This document shows positions 1 through 9,264 of a stretch of DNA of 34,322 nt, piece after piece; within the stretch, counting starts at the first letter, position 1, and every line of letters starts with the position of its first letter. The stretch lies in assembly GCA_950072105.1 (NCBI GenBank), contig CATMOE010000041.1:1-34322 (forward strand). Direction: 5' to 3'. The translations under genes and the position numbers were made by a program. The stretch is from an uncultured Dehalococcoidia bacterium. GTDB lineage: Bacteria; Chloroflexota; Dehalococcoidia; Lucifugimonadales; UBA3495. The notes below the pieces were generated by a model. It worked only from the letters and a program-made list of their open reading frames with translations. It was not told the DNA's origin and made no database searches.

Positions 1-318
1 AAGTTCGCGGTTTTGGGTCTTACCCAGGCTTCAGCCATGGACCTGGCGAAGCATCAGATAACGGTGAATGCCGTATGCCCTGGGCCGATAAACACAGACC
101 GGCTCAGCTATTGGGAGCAGGACCGGGCGCAACAACAAGGCGTTTCGCTGGAAGAGTTTCGTGGCCAGATCGTAGAAACTGCAGGCCAGAACACCCCGAT
201 GGGCAGGATCGCCGAGCCCAGTGACGTAGCAAACATGGTGGCGTTCCTAGCGTCGGAAGACGCCTCATTCATCACCGGCCAGGCCTACAACGTCAACGGG
301 GGGCTCCTGTTTCATTAG
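1..318 (+). CDS. SDR family oxidoreductase, C-terminal part (5' truncated by window edge)
   Basis: Frame 1 is open from base 1: K-FAVLGLTQ (end of the YxxxK helix), ITVNAVCPGPINT, PMGRIAEPSDVA, FLASEDASFITGQAYNVNGG. Confidence 0.92.
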   Translation, partial: KFAVLGLTQASAMDLAKHQITVNAVCPGPINTDRLSYWEQDRAQQQGVSLEEFRGQIVETAGQNTPMGRIAEPSDVANMVAFLASEDASFITGQAYNVNGGLLFH

Positions 319-1355
319 CCCCTGGCGAACAGGTTCTGGACCGTCTTTATCACCCGCGCCTCGTTGGGCATGTAATTGTTCTCTAATGCACGGCTGTAGG
401 GCACCGGCGTATGGGGCGCGGTGACCTTCGATGGCGGGGCGTCCAGGTAGTCGAAGGCCTCCTCAGCTACCATCGCGCATATCTCGGAAGCTATGCTGCA
501 GATGGGGGTGTCTTCGTCCACTACGACAAGTCGGTGGGTGCGCTTGACCGAGTCGATGACGTGGTCGTAGTCGATGGGCGAAATACTGAGCAGGTCCACC
601 ACTTCGGCGTTAATGCCTTCCTTGGCCAGTTCTTCGGCGGCGGCGGTGCAAACCCAGGTCATGCGGGATATGCCCACCAAGGTGATGTCGGTCCCTTCTC
701 TAACGGTGCGGGCCTTGCCTATGGGGAGTTCGTAGGGTTCTTCAGGCACCGGACCGGTGTTGCCGTAGAGTCCTTTGTGCTCAAAGTAGACCACTGGGTC
801 GTCGTCCCGGATAGCGGCGGTCAATAGCCCCTTGGCGGTGTAAGGGTCGGAAGGAACCACGCCCTTTAGGCCCGGTATGTGGCTGAAGATGGAGTAGTAA
901 GACTCAGAGTGCTGGGCAGCGCTGCCGAACCCGGCGCCGATGCGGGTGAGCAAGGTGAAGGGAAGCTTGACTTGCCCGCCGAACATGTAGCGCATCTTGG
1001 CGGCGTTGTTCAGCAGTTGGTCCATGCAGACGCCGACAAAGTCGATGAACATCAACTCGGCGATGGTCCGCATGCCGGTGGAAGCGGCACCGATGGCGGC
1101 TCCGACAAAGGCGGCCTCGGACAGAGGGGTGTCCAGCACCCGCTGGTTCCCAAATTCTTGGATTAGGCCTACCGTGGTGCGAAAAGGCCCGCCCCAGGCA
1201 TCAACGATGCCCTGGTCCTCACGGCCCGCCCCACCGGCGATCTCTTCGCCCATGATAATGACGGTCTCGTCCCGGGTCATTTCCTGGCGGATGGCCTCGT
1301 TGATCGCCTGTCTGTACTGGATCTCCCTGGTGGCGGTGGTGGACATACTGGACAT
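315..1355 (-). CDS. TPP-dependent 2-oxoacid/acetoin dehydrogenase E1 beta subunit (AcoB/PdhB-like)
   Basis: DTPLSEAAFVGAAIG, ELMFIDF, AQHSES, PVVYFEHK motifs; directly downstream of the E1 alpha gene. Confidence 0.93.
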   Translation of the reverse strand: MSSMSTTATREIQYRQAINEAIRQEMTRDETVIIMGEEIAGGAGREDQGIVDAWGGPFRTTVGLIQEFGNQRVLDTPLSEAAFVGAAIGAASTGMRTIAELMFIDFVGVCMDQLLNNAAKMRYMFGGQVKLPFTLLTRIGAGFGSAAQHSESYYSIFSHIPGLKGVVPSDPYTAKGLLTAAIRDDDPVVYFEHKGLYGNTGPVPEEPYELPIGKARTVREGTDITLVGISRMTWVCTAAAEELAKEGINAEVVDLLSISPIDYDHVIDSVKRTHRLVVVDEDTPICSIASEICAMVAEEAFDYLDAPPSKVTAPHTPVPYSRALENNYMPNEARVIKTVQNLFARG

Positions 1356-1384
1356 AACATCTCCTTGGGAAGTTAGCTGAAAGC

Positions 1385-2392
1385 TCAGATCGCCATATTC
1401 GTGCCGCGTTTCAGCAGTTCGGCTGGGTATGAAACGTAAACGTCGTCATAGATCTCCAACGGATCGGGAAGAGGGCTTTCGTCGGCGAATTTTATGGCGT
1501 CTTCCATAAGCTGGGCGGCTTCTGCGTCTATCTGGTCCAACTCCTCCAGGGTGATATCCCCCAGGGGAAGCACTGCCTCGCGGAAGAGCTTCAGCGGGTC
1601 CCGGGCGCGCCAATGGTCCTCTTCCTCCTTGGTGCGGTAGGAGAGGGGGTTGTCGAAGACCGTGTGGCCGTAGAACCGGTAAGTGCGGCATTCCAGCAGA
1701 CTGGGGCCTTCCCCGGCCCGGGCTCGAGCCACCGCCTGGCCGGCCGCGTCGTAGACGGCAAACACATCCATCCCATCGACGTTGATGCCGGGCATGTTGT
1801 ATCCGGCGGCCCGGTCGGAAACGTTGGCGGTGGACAGGGCGTATTCGACCGGCGTGGACTCGGCGTACCCGTTATTCTCGCAGCAGAAGATCACCGGGAG
1901 TTTCCAAACCGACGCCAGGTTCATCGACTCGTGCAGTACGCCCTGGTTGGCCCCGCCGTCGCCGAAGAAGGCCACGGCGACGCGGCCGAGGTTTTTGAGC
2001 TTTGACGTGAGTGCCGCTCCCACCGCCAGGGGAACGCTGGCGGCAACTACGCCATTGGTGCCCAGCATACCCTTGCTCATGTCGGCGATGTGCATCGACC
2101 CGCCCTTGCCTTTGTTGTTCCCAGTGGCTCGGCCGAACAGCTCGGCCATCATAGTTTTGGGGTCCACGCCCTTGGCGATGCAGTGGCCGTGCCCCCGGTG
2201 GGTGCTTCCGATATAGTCTTCGTCGGAGAGGTGGGCGCAAATCCCGGTGGGTACCGCCTCCTGACCGGCTGAAGAGTGTACCGAGGCGGACATGGCCCGC
2301 TGGCCCGTTTCGGGAATGCCACGCTCCTCGAAATTTCGGATGGTGGCCATGGTGGTGTATAGCTTCAGTAATGTCTCGCGGCTAAGGTCCAT
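1385..2392 (-). CDS. TPP-dependent dehydrogenase E1 alpha subunit (AcoA/PdhA-like)
   Basis: STHRGHGH, GKGGSMH, GDG...ENN TPP-binding motif, TYRFYGH; GGAGGT RBS upstream. Confidence 0.93.
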   Translation of the reverse strand: MDLSRETLLKLYTTMATIRNFEERGIPETGQRAMSASVHSSAGQEAVPTGICAHLSDEDYIGSTHRGHGHCIAKGVDPKTMMAELFGRATGNNKGKGGSMHIADMSKGMLGTNGVVAASVPLAVGAALTSKLKNLGRVAVAFFGDGGANQGVLHESMNLASVWKLPVIFCCENNGYAESTPVEYALSTANVSDRAAGYNMPGINVDGMDVFAVYDAAGQAVARARAGEGPSLLECRTYRFYGHTVFDNPLSYRTKEEEDHWRARDPLKLFREAVLPLGDITLEELDQIDAEAAQLMEDAIKFADESPLPDPLEIYDDVYVSYPAELLKRGTNMAI

Positions 2393-2645
2393 TGCACCTC
2401 CCTGGTTGTGCCTAAAGCTGGCTGGCGGAGAATTGCCCCCATACTAGCATGGGTGGGCTTGAGATTACCAGCTACGCAGTCCCTTAACCGGTTTTGCTTC
2501 GTGCTAACATGGTTATTAGTAAACTACTGAAATAAAGACGGGTCGAGATTGGGTCTGCATTCTGAAACGAATCACCATTCCCCAATTCCCCGTCTGTTCT
2601 TGATTGGAAGCTTGGAATGGACATGAAGAGGGGGAATATAGACGC

Positions 2646-2933
2646 ATGATTGACCCCGAGGTAGCCGCCGCGATTCAGAATTGGATCGGCGTTCAGATGC
2701 ACGAACGCCGTGGGCCCGGCAAGGATAGGCCGGGCGGATACGAGGGATATTCCTTCGCCGACATGCTCGACGTGCTGGACGCGGTATGCCCCGACGCCAT
2801 CGCCCGGATGCTTCAAGCCGGCGCGTCAGCCTATTTATCCTCGCCCGTTGAAACCGAAATCGTTGTGGCCTGGCGGCCTGGCGCGGCTAAGGCTCCGGAG
2901 ACTGAGGAGGAGCCGGAGGAAGGGGAGGCCTAA
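2646..2933 (+). CDS. Hypothetical protein (95 aa, acidic C-terminal tail)
   Basis: ATG at 2646 follows a GAGGGG RBS-like site; fills the intergenic gap; no recognisable motif. Confidence 0.6.
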   Translation: MIDPEVAAAIQNWIGVQMHERRGPGKDRPGGYEGYSFADMLDVLDAVCPDAIARMLQAGASAYLSSPVETEIVVAWRPGAAKAPETEEEPEEGEA

Positions 2934-3010
2934 GAGGGCGGTTATAGATTATTAAGCGGACGCTCTGCGGGCCGAGAGGACGTGGACATACTACAGTGGA
3001 GGCGGTCCCT

Positions 3011-3304
3011 CTACGTGAGTTGATCTGCGTTCCTGACTGCGTAGGCAACCTGCATGGTGTCTATTCCTAGTTCTATGGCTCGGAACATGTCCGCCTGCCC
3101 TGGTATGTCTTCACCTAATGCGGTGTAGAAAAATTCTGGGTTGGCAGAGGCGTAGTCGGGATCTATGGTCAGCGCTCGGTAGTAATCTGCCAGGGCTACG
3201 GGTATTGGCGTAGTTTGTATCTGCAGGTCCCTCGGGCGGTCGAAATGGGAGCGGATCGTGACGCGATGGGCAAAACTCTCCAGTAGATCAGGCAGAGCCG
3301 CCAA
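3011..3304 (-). pseudogene. Short or degenerate TPR-like protein fragment
   Basis: ALADYYRALTIDPDYASA and YTALG..GQADMFRAIELG resemble TPR helices, but the consensus is broken; weak TTG start with no clear RBS. Confidence 0.4.
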
Positions 3305-3328
3305 GGGAATTAGGACTGACCAGTTCGG

Positions 3329-4168
3329 CTAGGGAAGGTTGAACGAGACACGCACTTTTTCACCGGGGCCGGCGTTAAGAACAAGGGCCGCGCTACCGTT
3401 CTGTACGGCGATTTCCAGGAAGCCCAGGCTGCCGCCAAGAGCCAGCAAGCCTTCCTCGTTGTTATTTTCCGGTGACTGGAAAGTCTGGCTCAGGCCTTGG
3501 ATATGCCGCCCGTTAATCTCTACCATGATCTTTGCGGCGTCCGCCAGTTCGCTCACCGGGATGTTGGTGACCAAGTTACCGTAGTGGTCAGCGTAGATCA
3601 CTTCTCCGAGAATATAGTCACGTTCTTGAATTTGCTTTGGAGTCGGCAGCCAGACTAGGTCTTGGATAGGCTTACCCAGGCTGGTGGGCGGCACTCCCAG
3701 GGAGAGGTGGGCGGCCACTGGAGCGAATATGTCGCGCCCGTGGAAGGTATTGCTAACCGGGTGCAGCCAGTATTCCCCATTGGTCAGGTGGTAAGCGGTT
3801 AGGCTTGAAGGGAGGTTGACGCGTTCAGCGTTAAGTGGAGGTGTGTCCAGGTAATCACCCAGCACCCCGCTGAGTAGTCCATTGTCGGGGGCCAGGAAAC
3901 TGGCGGTGGGCGTAACTAGCAGTACGGCCCGGCGGTCTGTTCCGACACCGGGGTCCACCACGGCTACATGGATGGAGCTTTCAGGGAAGAAGCGATGGCT
4001 GGCGGCCAGTACGAAAGACCCTTGCCGGATGTTTTGGGGTTGGATCTGATGGGTAATGTCGATCAGAATCGCGTCTGGGTTGATCGAGAGAACCACGCCC
4101 TTCATGATTCCGGCGTAAGGGTCGGACAAGCCGAAGTCGGTGGTTAGCATGATCGGCGGATGTGCCAT
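3329..4168 (-). CDS. SAM hydroxide adenosyltransferase (DUF62; SAM hydrolase of the chlorinase/fluorinase superfamily)
   Basis: LTTDFG, VVDPGVGTDRR, APDNGLL, SNTFHGRDIFAP, DHYGNLVTN motifs. Confidence 0.92.
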   Translation of the reverse strand: MAHPPIMLTTDFGLSDPYAGIMKGVVLSINPDAILIDITHQIQPQNIRQGSFVLAASHRFFPESSIHVAVVDPGVGTDRRAVLLVTPTASFLAPDNGLLSGVLGDYLDTPPLNAERVNLPSSLTAYHLTNGEYWLHPVSNTFHGRDIFAPVAAHLSLGVPPTSLGKPIQDLVWLPTPKQIQERDYILGEVIYADHYGNLVTNIPVSELADAAKIMVEINGRHIQGLSQTFQSPENNNEEGLLALGGSLGFLEIAVQNGSAALVLNAGPGEKVRVSFNLP

Positions 4169-4227
4169 AGGTTAAGTACGGCCTGGGACGGCGCTAAACC
4201 CAATCTCCAAGGTAAGAGCGCCTAATC

Positions 4228-4440
4228 CTAACTCAGGCGGACGCTGAGGATGGAGATGCCCAGGAATACGGCGGCCAAGATTATCGTGAATTGGAACAGG
4301 GTCTTCTCCAATCCCCGCCTAGTGCGGACGGTGGAGCCGCCGGATCCGAAAAGCCCAGCGCTTTCTTTGACCTGTAGAAGGATCAACAGGATTATCGTTA
4401 TGGATATCAAGATTTGACCGACGTTCAGATACAGTCCCAT
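4228..4440 (-). CDS. secG: Preprotein translocase subunit SecG
   Basis: Two TM helices flanking LLQ..GLFGSGG and RTRRGLEKTL; ATG at 4440 follows a GAGGAG RBS. Confidence 0.9.
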   Translation of the reverse strand: MGLYLNVGQILISITIILLILLQVKESAGLFGSGGSTVRTRRGLEKTLFQFTIILAAVFLGISILSVRLS

Positions 4441-4463
4441 AGCATCTCCTCTTCTTCCCAACC

Positions 4464-5960
4464 CTATTGGGCTGGGGCCGAAGGCGTGTTGTTTTTCCGC
4501 GCCTCTAGCTCTTGATTAACTAACGTGTTGACCAACTCGGGCTTGGCCTGACCCTTAGTGGCCTTCATGACCTGACCCACCAGGAATTTGGCCGCGTTCT
4601 CTTTCCCTTCCATGTAATCGGCCAAGGCTTTGGGGTTGGATTCGATGGCTTGGCTCACCACCGCTTCCACCGCCGAGGAATCGCTGATCTGGGTGTAGCC
4701 TTGGTCGCGGACGATCTTGGCCGGCGCTTCACCGCTGGAGAAAACCTCTTCCAGGACCGTTTTGGCCATGGTGTTGCTTATGGTCTGGGAGTCTACCAGG
4801 TCGATCAACTCCGCCAGGTGGGCGGGCGTGACTGTAGAGTCCGAGATGGCCGCGTTTTCGGCGTTCAATAGCCGGCTTAGATCTCCCAGCATCCAGTTGC
4901 TGACGCTCTTGGCGAAACTTTCCAGAGTGGCGCCGTTTTTCTTCTCACCTATAGCCGATTCGTAGTAGTCGGCAAACCCCTTGGAGCCGGTCAACAGTCC
5001 GGCATCATATTCGGGCAGACCGTACTGTCGCGCAAAGCGGTCCCGGCGTTGGGGTGGCAGCTCCGGTATCCGATCTCTGATCTCCTGTACCCAGGCCGGG
5101 TCGGCGATAAGCGGCGGCAGGTCCGGCTCAGGAAGGTAGCGATAATCGTGGGCGTACTCCTTGCTGCGCTGGGAAACGGTTACATCGCGGTCATCCAACC
5201 AACCGCGGGTCTCCTGTACCACCCGCCCGCCGTCTTCCAATACTTTCCGCTGACGCTCTTGCTCGTAGTTCAACGCCATGTACACGGAATGGAAGCTGTT
5301 CATATTCTTGACTTCGGTCCGGGTGCCGTATTCGGTGTTCCCTTTGGGCCGTAGGCTGATATTGGCGTCGCACCGGAAACTGCCGTCCTGCATGTTGACC
5401 GTGGACACGCCGAGATACTGCAAGATGGAATGCAAGGTCATAAGATAGGTCCGGGCCTCTTCCGCCGACGACATGTCGGGTTTGCTGACGATCTCCATCA
5501 GGGGCACGCCGGAGCGGTTCACGTCCACCAAGCTATAGGACTCACCATCAGCCGAGGGACGATGCTGGAGTTTAGCCACGTCCTCTTCAAGGTGAATCCG
5601 TTCCAAACCAACACGGCAGTCGCGGCCGTCAACCCGTATATCCAGGTATCCGCCTACCGCCAGAGGCAAGTCGTACTGGGTGATCTGATACCCCTTCATC
5701 AAGTCTGGATAGGGGTAGTTCTTACGGTCAAATTTGGAGTAATCGGGAATCTGGCAGTTCAAGGCCAGACCGGTCATGATGGTAAATTCCACCGCTTTGC
5801 GGTTAATCACAGGCATCGCGCCCGGCAATCCTAAACAGACGGGGCAAACGCGGGTGTTGGGAGCCGCGGACTGGTAATCGGCCCGGCAAGAGCAAAACAT
5901 CTTGCTCCGGGTAAGGAGCTGTACGTGGACTTCCAGGCCGATGACTGTTTCGTATTCCAT
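4464..5960 (-). CDS. gatB: Asp-tRNA(Asn)/Glu-tRNA(Gln) amidotransferase subunit B
   Basis: VIGLEVHVQL, CPVCLGLPG, FDRKNYPYPD, HLEED, RCDANIS, EVKNMNSF, DYRYLPEPD. Confidence 0.98.
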   Translation of the reverse strand: MEYETVIGLEVHVQLLTRSKMFCSCRADYQSAAPNTRVCPVCLGLPGAMPVINRKAVEFTIMTGLALNCQIPDYSKFDRKNYPYPDLMKGYQITQYDLPLAVGGYLDIRVDGRDCRVGLERIHLEEDVAKLQHRPSADGESYSLVDVNRSGVPLMEIVSKPDMSSAEEARTYLMTLHSILQYLGVSTVNMQDGSFRCDANISLRPKGNTEYGTRTEVKNMNSFHSVYMALNYEQERQRKVLEDGGRVVQETRGWLDDRDVTVSQRSKEYAHDYRYLPEPDLPPLIADPAWVQEIRDRIPELPPQRRDRFARQYGLPEYDAGLLTGSKGFADYYESAIGEKKNGATLESFAKSVSNWMLGDLSRLLNAENAAISDSTVTPAHLAELIDLVDSQTISNTMAKTVLEEVFSSGEAPAKIVRDQGYTQISDSSAVEAVVSQAIESNPKALADYMEGKENAAKFLVGQVMKATKGQAKPELVNTLVNQELEARKNNTPSAPAQ

Positions 5961-6047
5961 AGCTTATGGCCGTGATGAATAGCGGTCGATCTGGTGTTCC
6001 CCGATCCGGCGGTCTCCAGATTCGCAACGCTTGTTCTGTCTAGTATA

Positions 6048-6932
6048 TCAGCGAAGTCCTTGAAAGACGGTTTGGGCGGTAACCCCGATGTCGGCGGGAG
6101 TGGGGATTATTATTGCCCCCGCGTCCTGTAGCGCCGCTATCTTAGACTCGGCACGGGCGCTGTCGCCGGTAATAATAGCGCCGGCATGGCCCATGCGCTT
6201 CCCGGCCGGGGCGGCAGATCCAACTATCAGGGCGCAGATGGGTTTGCCAAATGACTCTTTGATGTAATCGGCTGCTTGCTGTTCCATCGTGCCGCCGATC
6301 TCTCCGATGAACACCACCATGTCGGTTTCCGGGTCGTCGTTGAACATCCGTAGCACGTCGACAAAGCTAGTTCCGATTATCTGGTCTCCCCCTATTCCGA
6401 CGCAGCTTGACTGCCCTATGCCCAGGTTGGTTAGTTGACCGACCGCCTCATAGGTGAGGGTGCCGCTGCGCGAGACCACGCCCACCCTGCCGGCCTGATG
6501 AATCGACCCGGGCATGATGCCAATCTTGCAGTTGGCGCCGGGGGTTATCAAGCCGGGACAGTTGGGGCCAATGAGGCGGACCGGTTTGTTTTCCAGGTAA
6601 CGGGAGATGCGCACCGTATCCAGCACCGGGATTCCCTCAGTGATGCAAACGATCAGGGGAATCTCAGCGTCTACCGATTCGGCGATGGCATCGGCGGCAA
6701 AAGCGGGGGGCACAAAAATCAAGGCCACGTTGGCCTGAGATTGATGAACAGCTTCTTCTACGGAATTAAAGACCGGGACTTCGTCTTCGAAGAGCTGTCC
6801 TCCCCGGCCTGGGGTGACTCCGGCTACGACATTCGTGCCGTAAGCCCGGCAAGCGCTGGCGTGAAAGCTGCCCTCACGGCCCGTGATGCCTTGCACTAAG
6901 ATACGGGAATTTTCGTCGACCAGGATGCCCAT
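6048..6932 (-). CDS. sucD: Succinyl-CoA synthetase alpha subunit
   Basis: [34 protein letters not shown] phospho-His motif. Confidence 0.97.
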   Translation of the reverse strand: MGILVDENSRILVQGITGREGSFHASACRAYGTNVVAGVTPGRGGQLFEDEVPVFNSVEEAVHQSQANVALIFVPPAFAADAIAESVDAEIPLIVCITEGIPVLDTVRISRYLENKPVRLIGPNCPGLITPGANCKIGIMPGSIHQAGRVGVVSRSGTLTYEAVGQLTNLGIGQSSCVGIGGDQIIGTSFVDVLRMFNDDPETDMVVFIGEIGGTMEQQAADYIKESFGKPICALIVGSAAPAGKRMGHAGAIITGDSARAESKIAALQDAGAIIIPTPADIGVTAQTVFQGLR

Positions 6933-6998
6933 CTCAGCCTTTACCTGTAACGAGTATTGGGGAGATGACTTGCGCCGAGCTGATTTCCTGACTGTGGA

Positions 6999-8153
6999 TC
7001 ATTGCGCTTGTCCAAGGGCCTTAGCCATCTCATCCAGATTGTCGGCGAAAGTTACCGGCAGCCCTGAATCTTTAAAGATCGCGCGGCCTTCCTCGGCATT
7101 GGTGCCAAGGAGCCGAACCACCACGGGAAGATCGGATCCGTGTTCCAGGTAGCCTTGTACGATGCCGGTGGCGGCCACGTCGCAGCGGAGGATGCCGCCA
7201 AATATGTTCACCAATATTCGGGTAACTTTCGGGTCGGAGAGGATGATGGAAACGGCGCTGGCCACCTTGTCGGGGGTAGCGCCGCCGCCTACGTCCAGAA
7301 AATTGGCCGGCATCGCGCCCGCGGCAGTGGTCACGTCAAGAGTAGCCATCGCCAGCCCGGCCCCGTTGATCAAGCAACCCACGTCGCCATCCAACTTGAC
7401 ATAAGCGATATCCAGGCTGGCGGCACGGTACTCTAATTCGTCTTCCTGAGCGGGGTCGCGGAGTTCTTGAAGGTCGGTGTGGCGGAACAACGAGTCGTCG
7501 TCCAGGTTTATCTTGGCGTCCAGGGCTACCAGTTCATTCTGGGTATTTACAATCATCGGATTGATCTCCACCAGGGAGCAGTCCAATTCCGTAAATACCC
7601 GGTAAAGGGCGTTCATGATCTTGCTTGCGGGCTGGGCTAAGGACCCAGACAATCCTAGCTTGGCGGCCAACCGCCGTGTTTGGAAGGGCATCAGGCCCAA
7701 CACTGGGTCTATGGTTTCCACGTGGATGTCCTGGGGTCTGGAGGCAGCTACCTCTTCGATGTCGATGCCACCGGCACTGCTGGCCAGCATTACCGGTCCA
7801 CGGAAGTCTCGGTCGATGGTGATGGCCAGGTACAACTCCCGGCTGATGCCGGCCAATTCCTCAACCAAAACGTGACTGACCGGAGCGCCTTCCGGCCCGG
7901 TTTGATGGGTAACCAGATTGGCGCACAACATGGCTTCCGTAGCCGCGCGCGCTTCATCCGGGGAATTCACAACTTTGATTCCGCCGCCTTGGCCTCGACC
8001 ACCGGCATGGACCTGGGCTTTCAATACGGCTTTCCCACCCAGATCCTGAGTGGCCTGGCCGGCTTCCTCGGCGCTGCTAGCCAATCGGCTTGGCGGAACA
8101 GGTATACCGTAACGAGCAAAGACCTGTTTGGCCTGGTACTCGTGGATCTTCAT
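6999..8153 (-). CDS. sucC: Succinyl-CoA synthetase beta subunit
   Basis: MKIHEYQAK, KAQVHAGGRG, EINP, NGAGLAMAT, ANFLDVGGGA, NIFGGILRCD. Confidence 0.97.
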   Translation of the reverse strand: MKIHEYQAKQVFARYGIPVPPSRLASSAEEAGQATQDLGGKAVLKAQVHAGGRGQGGGIKVVNSPDEARAATEAMLCANLVTHQTGPEGAPVSHVLVEELAGISRELYLAITIDRDFRGPVMLASSAGGIDIEEVAASRPQDIHVETIDPVLGLMPFQTRRLAAKLGLSGSLAQPASKIMNALYRVFTELDCSLVEINPMIVNTQNELVALDAKINLDDDSLFRHTDLQELRDPAQEDELEYRAASLDIAYVKLDGDVGCLINGAGLAMATLDVTTAAGAMPANFLDVGGGATPDKVASAVSIILSDPKVTRILVNIFGGILRCDVAATGIVQGYLEHGSDLPVVVRLLGTNAEEGRAIFKDSGLPVTFADNLDEMAKALGQAQ

Positions 8154-8261
8154 TGGCTCTCCTGGACTGCTCGATCCCAGACAACCCCGCGACCGTTAGC
8201 CGGAAGAGGCCAGGAAGTTATTGGCAACCATTTACTTTAGCCAGGTAAACTGAGATTCAGC

Positions 8262-9218
8262 TTACTGCTTGGCGGAACTTGTCTGACCCGGAGGTTCTTG
8301 CAAGAACTTGAACACGTCGGCATCAGAGGAAAGAATGACGGTGGTTCGCTGATTCATGAACTTCTGGTACGACTCAAGGCTGCGCCGGAAGGCGAAGAAC
8401 TCAGGGTCCCGGTTCAGAGCGTCGGCTAAGATTCGGATGGCCTCGGCCTCGCCGCGGCCTCGCACTTCGCTGCCGATCCGGTCCGCCTCGGCTAGGATAA
8501 TCTCCCTCTGTTTGTTTGCCTGAGCTCGAATTTTCAGATCCTCCTCCTCTCCTTCGGAGCGGAAGCGGGTGGCGATGCGGTTACGCTCAGCCCGCATCCT
8601 GTTGTAGATGGAGTCCTGTACGCGGTCGGAGAAGTCCGCCCGTTTCATCCTTACATCGATAATCTCTACGCCGAATTTCCCTTCTTGGACGCGCTTCTCG
8701 GCCGCTTTGAAAACGTTATCCAGTAGCTCCGTCCGGGATTCGCTGGGTTCGAGTATGGGCAAGCCATCATCGTCGATAACGGGTACGTCGTTCTCGTCCA
8801 GGACGCGCTCGGCGCCGATGATTTCGGTTCTAGTGCTACGGGCAATCTCGTCGCGCAAGCTGGAGGTCACTATGTCGCCCAAGCGGGTCCGGGCCGTGTT
8901 CTCGGTTTGCAGAGTCTTGAAAAACTGCAAGGGGTCGACAATACGATAGCGGGCGTAGGAGTCGATCGTCATGTTCTGCTTCTCGATGTCAGGCATGGAC
9001 ACAGCCGGAGCGTCTATCCGTAAAACTCGCTTGTCGAATCTCAGCACGGTATCCACGAAGGGTGCCTTGAGGAACAGACCGGGGGTACTTGTGACGCTCT
9101 GGGGGTTACCGAACCGGGTTATGATAACCTGCTCGGTGACGTCCACCACGTATAAGGATTGGGAGACAACGATAAGGGCCACCAAGGCTAGTCCACCAAG
9201 AACTACCAATATTTTCAT
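8262..9218 (-). CDS. hflC: FtsH modulator HflC (SPFH domain)
   Basis: N-terminal TM, PGLFLKAPFVD, IYNRMRAER, DPEFFAFRRSLESY; directly downstream of hflK. Confidence 0.94.
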   Translation of the reverse strand: MKILVVLGGLALVALIVVSQSLYVVDVTEQVIITRFGNPQSVTSTPGLFLKAPFVDTVLRFDKRVLRIDAPAVSMPDIEKQNMTIDSYARYRIVDPLQFFKTLQTENTARTRLGDIVTSSLRDEIARSTRTEIIGAERVLDENDVPVIDDDGLPILEPSESRTELLDNVFKAAEKRVQEGKFGVEIIDVRMKRADFSDRVQDSIYNRMRAERNRIATRFRSEGEEEDLKIRAQANKQREIILAEADRIGSEVRGRGEAEAIRILADALNRDPEFFAFRRSLESYQKFMNQRTTVILSSDADVFKFLQEPPGQTSSAKQ

Positions 9219-9264
9219 TTTAGGACTCCTGCGCCATTTTCATAAGCTTTAAGAGGACTGGGCG

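Noticed and set aside
3329..4168. Possible fluorinase or chlorinase (halogenase)
   Set aside because: TFHGRD and the Asp-Arg-His residues are typical of DUF62 SAM hydrolases, and the context is housekeeping
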